A stretch of DNA of 17,231 nucleotides from Cyanobacteria bacterium J06626_4 (GTDB lineage Bacteria > Cyanobacteriota > Cyanobacteriia > Phormidesmidales > Phormidesmidaceae): positions 1-17,231 of the forward strand of contig JBCBJQ010000120.1 of assembly GCA_038523235.1 (NCBI GenBank), read 5' to 3'. The number at the start of each line of letters is the position of its first letter. The stretch's first letter is position 1. This document shows, in pieces, positions 1 through 6,002 of this stretch. The notes beneath the pieces were generated by a model. The model searched no databases. It was not told the DNA's origin and saw only the letters and a program-made list of their open reading frames with translations. The position numbers were made by a program, and so were the translations under genes.

Positions 1-2
1 CC

Positions 3-275
3 AGTCTTCTCCTCAATTACAACCAAATTGCGGACGTTTCGCCCCTTGCCAGCCTCACCAATCTCACCGGGCTTGCCCTCGATTACAACCAAATTGAAGA
101 CATTTCGGCCTTAGTCAACCTGACCCATCTGACTGATCTTTACCTCAGGGGCAATCGCATCACGGATGTTTCGGCCTTAGCTAACTTGACTCATCTGACT
201 GATCTTCGCCTCAGTGAGAATCCGCTTGAAAATCGCACTTGCCCTGTGCAACCCGCAAACATCTGCCAGTTTTGA
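3..275 (+). CDS. Internalin-like LRR protein, 3' part only (5'-truncated by window edge); array member 1
   Basis: Not in the ORF track. Manual translation of frame 3 gives SLLLNYNQIADVSPLASLTN LTGLALDYNQIEDISALVNLTH LTDLYLRGNRITDVSALANLTH LTDLRLSENPLENRTCPVQPANICQF* (TGA 273-275), with the same 22-aa repeat and C-cap as the downstream paralogs. Confidence 0.93.
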   Translation, partial: SLLLNYNQIADVSPLASLTNLTGLALDYNQIEDISALVNLTHLTDLYLRGNRITDVSALANLTHLTDLRLSENPLENRTCPVQPANICQF

Positions 276-356
276 GCCCATACTTTGTCCGTTTTGGGTC
301 AATGGCTAGCCAGACACCTTGGCTAGGCTGATTTGCAGAAGAATGAGGAAGCCACC
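276..356 (+). repeat. Conserved inter-LRR-gene spacer, copy 1 (81 nt, contains hairpin and RBS)
   Basis: 75/81 nt identical to 1422-1502 by manual alignment. Contains the inverted repeat CTAGCCA-gacacct-TGGCTAG (306-326) and an SD-like GAGGAA (345-350) before ATG 357. Confidence 0.92.
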
Positions 357-1421
357 ATGAAGCGCGCGATCGCCCTGGGTTTGCTGACGGTTCTGTTGGT
401 GATTGGCGTTCGCTGTGCCGGAATTTTATCTCAGGATGAGATTTCCACAGATACGTTTGCCACCTTCACCGACTGGTGTAGCCACAAATCTAGGTTGACC
501 CGAGAGGCTCAGCGTACTGTTGACATACTGCTGAGAGAGGCTAAGACGCGACGTTGTGAGCAGGCTGAAGCGGTGCTGACTCGTTTGAACACGCTTAAAT
601 TCTCGGTAAAAGTTTCAGACCTGAAGCGCTATCGGCATGAGCCCATTGTGGATATTGCCCCGCTGGGGAGTCTGACCCAGCTGACCCAGCTAGACATCGG
701 GGGGAGTCCCATGACGAGCGCCGCTCCCTTAAGCAATTTGACCCAGTTAACTAAGCTGTTTCTCAATCACAGCCAAGTTGCAGACATCACCCCATTAGCC
801 AACCTGACGCAGCTGACCGAACTGGATCTGAGTGGCAATCCCCTTGGGGACATCACCCCCCTCGCCAACCTGACCCAGCTGCAAGGGCTTTACCTCGCGT
901 ACGGTCAAATTGTAGACGTAGCCCCCCTCGCCAATCTCACCCAGCTGACCGAGCTTAACCTCAGCAGCAATCAAATCGTAGACATGGCCCCCCTCGCCAA
1001 CCTCACTAATCTGACCTGGCTTAATCTTGGGTTCAATCAAATCGCGGATATCGCCCCCTTAGCCCGCCTCACCCAGCTGATCTGGCTTGACCTCACGACC
1101 AATCAAATTGCAGACGTGGTTCCCCTTGCCAATCTCACTAACTTGACTAAGCTTTACCTCTGGAATAATCAAATTGTGGACGTTGCACCCTTAGCCAGCC
1201 TCACCAACCTTACCGGGCTTTGGCTTACTGATAATCGAATTGTGGACGCTTCGTCCTTAGCTAGCCTCACCGGGCTAACCCGGCTGGGGCTCACGGGCAA
1301 TCAAATCACCGATGTAAGGCCATTGGCCAGTCTCAGCAATCTGGAGTCCCTCGCCCTGCGCGAAAATCCGCTTCGCGATCGCACCTGCCCCGTGCAACCT
1401 CAGACCATCTGTCAGCTTTGA
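357..1421 (+). CDS. Internalin-like LRR protein, exported (12 LRRs); array member 2
   Basis: Start moved from TTG 333 to ATG 357 because of the GAGG RBS and the paralogous MKRAIALGLL N-terminus. Hydrophobic signal ends in VRC. N-cap FTDWC...C, 22-aa LxxLxLxxNxIxDxxPLxxLxx repeats, C-cap TCPVQPQTICQL. Confidence 0.93.
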   Translation: MKRAIALGLLTVLLVIGVRCAGILSQDEISTDTFATFTDWCSHKSRLTREAQRTVDILLREAKTRRCEQAEAVLTRLNTLKFSVKVSDLKRYRHEPIVDIAPLGSLTQLTQLDIGGSPMTSAAPLSNLTQLTKLFLNHSQVADITPLANLTQLTELDLSGNPLGDITPLANLTQLQGLYLAYGQIVDVAPLANLTQLTELNLSSNQIVDMAPLANLTNLTWLNLGFNQIADIAPLARLTQLIWLDLTTNQIADVVPLANLTNLTKLYLWNNQIVDVAPLASLTNLTGLWLTDNRIVDASSLASLTGLTRLGLTGNQITDVRPLASLSNLESLALRENPLRDRTCPVQPQTICQL

Positions 1422-1502
1422 GCCCATACCTTGTCCGTTTTGGGTCAATGGTCAGCCAGACACCTTGGCTAGGCTGATTTGCAGAAAGATGAGGGAGCCA
1501 CC
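1422..1502 (+). repeat. Conserved inter-LRR-gene spacer, copy 2 (81 nt)
   Basis: Near-identical to 276-356 (6 substitutions), with GAGGGAG SD before ATG 1503. Confidence 0.92.
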
Positions 1503-2339
1503 ATGAAGCGGGCGATCGCCCTGGGTTTGCTGACGGTTCTTTTGGTGATTGGGGTGGGCTGTTTCGGCACACTTCAGCGTGAGATTTCAACAGACACCTT
1601 TACCACCTTTAACGACTGGTGTCGCCATCGAGGCCGGTTGACCCGAGAGGCTCGGCATACCGTTAGAGTACTGTTGGATGAAGCCGATACACGATCATGC
1701 GATCAAGCTAGTAGCGAGCTGACTGCTCTGACTTACCTTAACCTCTGGGGCAATCAAATCAGGGACGTTTCTCCCCTCACCAGCCTCCCCCATCTGACCG
1801 ACCTTTGGCTCAATGACAATCAAATCAGGGACGTTTCCCCCCTCTCCAACCTCCCCTATCTGACTAAGCTTTACCTCGATAACAATCAAATCAGGGATGT
1901 GGCTCCCCTTGCCAGCTTGACTAATCTGCTCTGGCTTGATCTCAGTGGCAATCAAATGGTAGATGTGGCTACCCTCACTAACCTGAGCCGTCTGCGTGGG
2001 CTTAGGCTCAGTGACAACCAAATTTTGGATGTGACCCCCCTAGGCAACCTGATCGGTCTAGACCTCTTGCTTGAGCTCAATGATAATCAAATCGCCGACG
2101 TGGCCCCCCTCGCTAACCTGACGTATCTGAGCGAGCTTGACCTCAGGAACAATCGAATCGTGGACGTTTCACCCTTAGCCAACCTGACGTATCTGAGCGA
2201 GCTTGACCTCAGAGATAATCGAATCGTGGACGTTTCACCCTTAGCCAACCTGACCAATCTGAGCGAGCTTGAGCTGAGTGACAATCCACTTGAAAATCGC
2301 ACCTGCCCCGTGCAACCTGAAACCATCTGTCGATTTTAA
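1503..2339 (+). CDS. Internalin-like LRR putative lipoprotein (9 LRRs); array member 3
   Basis: ATG 1503 preferred over TTG 1479. Signal MKRAIALGLLTVLLVIGVG-C with lipobox-like GVGC, N-cap FNDWC...C, 9 LRRs (one of 23 aa), C-cap TCPVQPETICRF. Confidence 0.93.
   Translation: MKRAIALGLLTVLLVIGVGCFGTLQREISTDTFTTFNDWCRHRGRLTREARHTVRVLLDEADTRSCDQASSELTALTYLNLWGNQIRDVSPLTSLPHLTDLWLNDNQIRDVSPLSNLPYLTKLYLDNNQIRDVAPLASLTNLLWLDLSGNQMVDVATLTNLSRLRGLRLSDNQILDVTPLGNLIGLDLLLELNDNQIADVAPLANLTYLSELDLRNNRIVDVSPLANLTYLSELDLRDNRIVDVSPLANLTNLSELELSDNPLENRTCPVQPETICRF
2115..2246 (+). repeat. Near-perfect 66-nt tandem duplication (one LRR unit), plus a partial third copy from 2247
   Basis: 2115-2180 and 2181-2246 are identical except AGG AAC versus AGA GAT (3 of 66 nt). 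Confidence 0.95.
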
Positions 2340-2418
2340 GCCAACGACTTGGCTGTTTTCGGGCGATCGCCCGCCCGGTGCCTTGGCTAGGGTGATCTCA
2401 GCAAGATGAGGAACGATC
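2340..2418 (+). repeat. Conserved inter-LRR-gene spacer, copy 3 (79 nt, diverged, contains HIP1)
   Basis: Shares the blocks TTG.C.GTTTT.GG, CCTTGG.TAGG.TGAT and ATGAG with the other copies. GCGATCGC at 2363-2370. Confidence 0.85.
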
Positions 2419-3180
2419 ATGAACAGAATGATCCCAACCGGTTTGCTGGTAGTTCTCATGGTGAGTGTTGGTTGCAGCCAGGGGACGCCCCAGCGCGATC
2501 ACGCTGATGCCCCCGTGCCCCCCTCAGACACCGCTAACCTTTCAGAAGCGGTGGCCACGGAGGAGGCGGCCACTGCTTTTGATCAAGTTCTCCCCTCAGA
2601 CCCCGCTACCGCTCCCCCACCGGTTGCCACAGCGGCACCCTTTGCTACCTTTGCCGACTGGTGTGTTAACCAGGCCAGCTTGACTCCAGACGCTCGCCAT
2701 ACCGTTGGCGTGCTGCTAACCACCGCTGCAACGCCGGACTGTAACCAGGCTGCAGCTCAGCTCACGAACTTGCGCGAGCTGGAACTCAGTGACAATCAGC
2801 TGGTGGACGTTGCGCCCTTAGCCGGTCTTACCAATCTGACTCGGCTCTACCTCGATCACAATCAACTGGTGGATGTTGCACCCCTAGCGAGCCTGACCAA
2901 TCTGACTGAGCTTTCCATCGATAACAATGACATCGTGGATGTTTCACCCTTGGCCAGCCTCACGCACCTAACCTGGCTCAGCCTGGGCACTAATGAAATT
3001 GTCGATATTTCGCCCTTAGCGAGCCTCACTAACTTGACCTGGCTGAGCCTTTGGGAAAATTACGTCGTGGATGTCTCGCCCTTAGCGAGCCTCACCAACC
3101 TGACGACGCTTTACCTCGGTGCCAATCCGCTCGAAACTGGCACCTGCCCCGTGCAACCCGAAACTATCTGTCAGTTTTGA
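2419..3180 (+). CDS. Internalin-like LRR putative lipoprotein with Pro/Ala-rich linker (6 LRRs); array member 4
   Basis: Signal MNRMIPTGLLVVLMVSVG-C, a ~55-aa P/A/T-rich linker, N-cap FADWC...C, 6 LRRs, C-cap TCPVQPETICQF. GAGGAA RBS upstream. Confidence 0.93.
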   Translation: MNRMIPTGLLVVLMVSVGCSQGTPQRDHADAPVPPSDTANLSEAVATEEAATAFDQVLPSDPATAPPPVATAAPFATFADWCVNQASLTPDARHTVGVLLTTAATPDCNQAAAQLTNLRELELSDNQLVDVAPLAGLTNLTRLYLDHNQLVDVAPLASLTNLTELSIDNNDIVDVSPLASLTHLTWLSLGTNEIVDISPLASLTNLTWLSLWENYVVDVSPLASLTNLTTLYLGANPLETGTCPVQPETICQF

Positions 3181-3259
3181 GCTAATCACTTGGCCGTTTT
3201 CGGTCAATGGCTCGGGAGATCCCTTGGTTAGGCTGATCTGATAAGGATGAGAAATCACC
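3181..3259 (+). repeat. Conserved inter-LRR-gene spacer, copy 4 (79 nt)
   Basis: gctaatcacttggccgttttcggtcaatggctcgggagatcccttggttaggctgatctgataaggatgagaaatcacc aligns without gaps to copy 3 and nearly so to copies 1 and 2. Confidence 0.87.
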
Positions 3260-4027
3260 ATGAAGCGTGCGATCGCTCTCGGCCTACTCTCGTTTTTGGT
3301 TGTGGTTGTCAGCTGTACCCATCTTGCCACCCCCAATGACCTGCCTACCGATGGGGTGGCAAGCTTTGCCGACTGGTGTCGTCATCAAGATAGCTGGTCT
3401 CCAGAAACCCAGCATACAATCGCCTTACTTTTAGAACAGGCCGAAACGCAGCAGTGTGGTCGCGCGGCCCGAAGACTCACCCGCCTGACCCGGCTTGACC
3501 TTTGGGATCGAGGGGTAACCGACGTGACGCCCTTAGCGAGTCTCACTCACCTGACTGAACTGGTGCTCTGGGGGCACGAAATTGCCGACGTGACCCCGTT
3601 AGCCCGTCTCACGAATCTGACTGAACTCGTTTTGGGAGCCAATCGAATTGTGGATATTAGTCCCCTGGCGGATTTGACTCGCCTGACCGAGCTGCACCTT
3701 TATGAAAACCAAATTGTTGATGTGTCGCCCTTAGCGAGTCTGACTCATTTGACCGAGCTGAGCATTGGCGACAATCACATTGCCGATGTGGCGTCGTTGG
3801 CCAACCTCACGAACCTGACCTGGCTGAGCCTTGATAGCAATCAAATCACCGACGTCGCGCCCTTAGCAAACCTGACTAACTTAGCCGAACTTTACCTGAC
3901 GTCTAATCAAATTGCCGATGTGAAACCGCTGGCTGGTCTGACCAGCCTAACCGTTCTTTCCCTAGTGAATAATCCGCTGGGCGATCGCACCTGTCCTCTA
4001 CAGCCTGAGACGATTTGCCGTTTCTAA
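3260..4027 (+). CDS. Internalin-like LRR putative lipoprotein (8 LRRs); array member 5
   Basis: Signal MKRAIALGLLSFLVVVVS-C with a canonical lipobox (VVSC), N-cap FADWC...C, 8 LRRs, C-cap TCPLQPETICRF. Confidence 0.93.
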   Translation: MKRAIALGLLSFLVVVVSCTHLATPNDLPTDGVASFADWCRHQDSWSPETQHTIALLLEQAETQQCGRAARRLTRLTRLDLWDRGVTDVTPLASLTHLTELVLWGHEIADVTPLARLTNLTELVLGANRIVDISPLADLTRLTELHLYENQIVDVSPLASLTHLTELSIGDNHIADVASLANLTNLTWLSLDSNQITDVAPLANLTNLAELYLTSNQIADVKPLAGLTSLTVLSLVNNPLGDRTCPLQPETICRF

Positions 4028-4066
4028 CTTGACTAACCCCAGCGCTGCAGTTCAAGAGGCATCATC

Positions 4067-5122
4067 ATGACTCAAGAGAATGCGCCAGCCACCTTTGCAA
4101 CCTTTGCCGATTGGTGCCAACACAAAGTGCAGTTGGCACCAGCCGCTCGAAATACCGTTAACCAGCTATTAAAGACAGCGGGCACATCAGCCTGTGATCA
4201 GGCGACAGCCGCCTTGACGACCCTCACTAGCCTCGACCTCGATGGCTATCCCAATGAGTTGGGGTTAAGCATTACAGATGTGTCTCCCTTAGCGAGCCTG
4301 ACCAATCTGACGATGCTCGACCTGAGCAGCAATGGCATTGTGGATATTGCCCCGCTCACGAGTCTCACCCGACTTACGCAGCTTGATCTGGGTTCCAATG
4401 ACATTACGGATATCACACCCTTAGCTCACCTCCCTCACCTGACAGAGCTGGGCCTCTACGACAATCAAATCAGGGACGTCTCGCCGTTGGTGCACCTGAT
4501 AAATCTGACCGTGCTCGACCTCAGCGACAACCCCATTGTGGACTTGGTCCCCTTAGCCTGCCTGCACACGCTGGCCCTGCTTTACCTCGAAAAAAATGCC
4601 TTCACCGATCTCTGCCCCTTAGCTGATTTGAACCGCTTGCGATCGCTCCATCTTGCAGGCAATCACCTCGTCGATATCGCGCCCTTAGCCAGTCTCACCC
4701 AATTGCAAGCGCTCGACTTAAGCTTCAATGACCTCAGCGATCTCACTCCCCTCGCGAGCCTGACTCACTTAACCAGGTTGAATTTGCGTAACAATCAGCT
4801 CGTTGATCTGACGCCCCTCGCCAATCTCACTCAGTTGACTGAGCTGAATCTCTATAACAATCAAATTGCTGATGTGACGCCCCTCGCCCGCCTCACTAAC
4901 TTACAAAAGCTCGATCTGGGCATCAACCAAATTGCTGACGTGACGCCCCTCGCGAGCCTGACTCACTTAAAAAGCTTGAACCTGGGCATCAATCAAGTGA
5001 CTGACGTTGCCCCCTTAGTCAATCTGCAACATCTGACCGAGCTTGGGCTGTTTTGTAACCCGCTTGATCCGTTGGCGCGACTGCAGATGCACTGGTTAGT
5101 CAGAACGATCCGCCATCTCTAA
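4067..5122 (+). CDS. Internalin-like LRR protein without signal peptide (13 LRRs); terminal array member 6
   Basis: AGAGG SD before ATG 4067. Starts almost directly at FATFADWC, has 13 LRRs, and ends NPLDPLARLQMHWLVRTIRHL without the CPVQP..IC cap. Confidence 0.9.
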   Translation: MTQENAPATFATFADWCQHKVQLAPAARNTVNQLLKTAGTSACDQATAALTTLTSLDLDGYPNELGLSITDVSPLASLTNLTMLDLSSNGIVDIAPLTSLTRLTQLDLGSNDITDITPLAHLPHLTELGLYDNQIRDVSPLVHLINLTVLDLSDNPIVDLVPLACLHTLALLYLEKNAFTDLCPLADLNRLRSLHLAGNHLVDIAPLASLTQLQALDLSFNDLSDLTPLASLTHLTRLNLRNNQLVDLTPLANLTQLTELNLYNNQIADVTPLARLTNLQKLDLGINQIADVTPLASLTHLKSLNLGINQVTDVAPLVNLQHLTELGLFCNPLDPLARLQMHWLVRTIRHL

Positions 5123-5335
5123 GCACATCGCGTTAGGAGGAAGTACTGAGCCAACCCAAATCATGTCGTTTCGCTACTACCCATTGCCCTGATTGGGGAG
5201 AAGGGCGGGCGCGATCGCCGATGCCGCGATCAACGCACTAGGCTGACCCACACTCCACGTCGGCAATCATCTGGATGGTGGCGGTGTTGAGACAGTGATT
5301 GTCCGATTCGAGCTTCCCCAACTTGGAGGATTAAC

Positions 5336-5992
5336 ATGACTATTTTAAAAATCGACCGCTCGCTGCTTCTGTTGTCTCTGGGTTTCATCATCGCTGGTCT
5401 GACCGGTCAGGCGGCGGCAACCACCCCCGATGCCATCCGGCTAACCGCCTCCCCAGCCTTGGGGGCCGTCTTGTTGCCTGCCGTTGAGACACAAGTAACC
5501 TTCCTCGCCAACCTGCCCCCATCTGTCGAGGCTCAAGCTGCTGGCGGAGAACTAACCAATGACGCCGAAAAATGCTTTGTGATGCTGGCCTACGATCCAG
5601 AGGACACCTCAGTCAATCTGCGTGACCGGCCCGATGGCAACATTGTCACCAGCCTGCCAAATTTCACGCCCTTGGGGGTTCATACTGGGCCAGCTTTTGT
5701 TGAACCTGGGTGGAATTTCATTCATGTTTTAGCGCCAGATCGTTCGGCGTATCAGCAGTCGGGGTATGTCTGGCATGAGCTCATTCGCCGCACGCACTAT
5801 CAGGTCGAAGACCCTCAAGACAGCGCTGCCAACTTCCGCCAGTCGCCTGACGGCCCCGTGATCGATACGCTAGCCAATGGGACTGAAGTGCAGTTTATGG
5901 GTGAGGCAGGCACCTGGACTCAGGTCAAACTCGCCGATAATCGCATCGGCTATGTCGCCACCGCCTTACTGACTGACCCCAGTTGTTTCTAA
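5336..5992 (+). CDS. Secreted protein with two bacterial SH3 (SH3b/SH3_3-like) domains
   Basis: GGAGGA RBS and an N-terminal hydrophobic signal. Two related units (DPEDTSVNLRDRPDGNIV..W..GYV and DPQDSAANFRQSPDGPVI..NGTEV..W..GYV) match the SH3b pattern (N-x-R, W, GYV). Confidence 0.8.
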   Translation: MTILKIDRSLLLLSLGFIIAGLTGQAAATTPDAIRLTASPALGAVLLPAVETQVTFLANLPPSVEAQAAGGELTNDAEKCFVMLAYDPEDTSVNLRDRPDGNIVTSLPNFTPLGVHTGPAFVEPGWNFIHVLAPDRSAYQQSGYVWHELIRRTHYQVEDPQDSAANFRQSPDGPVIDTLANGTEVQFMGEAGTWTQVKLADNRIGYVATALLTDPSCF

Positions 5993-6002
5993 TCGTCATC
6001 CC

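Noticed and set aside
333..356. TTG starts at 333 and 1479 (and upstream starts at 7488 and 11083) given by the ORF track
   Set aside because: The downstream ATGs (357, 1503, 7515, 11188) fit better with SD position, paralog or family N-termini, or avoidance of gene overlap.
276..3259. Inter-gene spacers as integron attC sites or CRISPR repeats
   Set aside because: There are no RYYYAAC/GTTRRRY ends and no integrase. The repeats are ~80 nt, extend into coding sequence on both sides, and separate whole paralogous genes rather than short unique spacers.
795..3336. Antisense or alternative-frame ORFs over the LRR genes (795-1040, 1333-1590, 1695-2021, 2087-2326, 2241-2459, 2465-2683, 3082-3336)
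   Set aside because: These are shadows of the repetitive LRR coding strand. Their periodicity (e.g. GQIGEVGEG) is simply the reverse complement of the LRR codons.
1..5122. Diversity-generating retroelement as the source of LRR variability
   Set aside because: There is no reverse transcriptase, Avd gene or non-coding template repeat in the window. Differences between close copies are not restricted to adenines (e.g. C/T at the third mismatch of the 66-nt duplication). A trans-acting system elsewhere cannot be excluded.
5123..5335. AGGAGG plus a tiny ORF (MSFRYYPLP*) and a CTAGGCTGA match to the array spacer
   Set aside because: The SD is more than 20 nt from the ATG and the ORF has only 9 codons. 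A 9-nt match is too short to call a fifth spacer copy.
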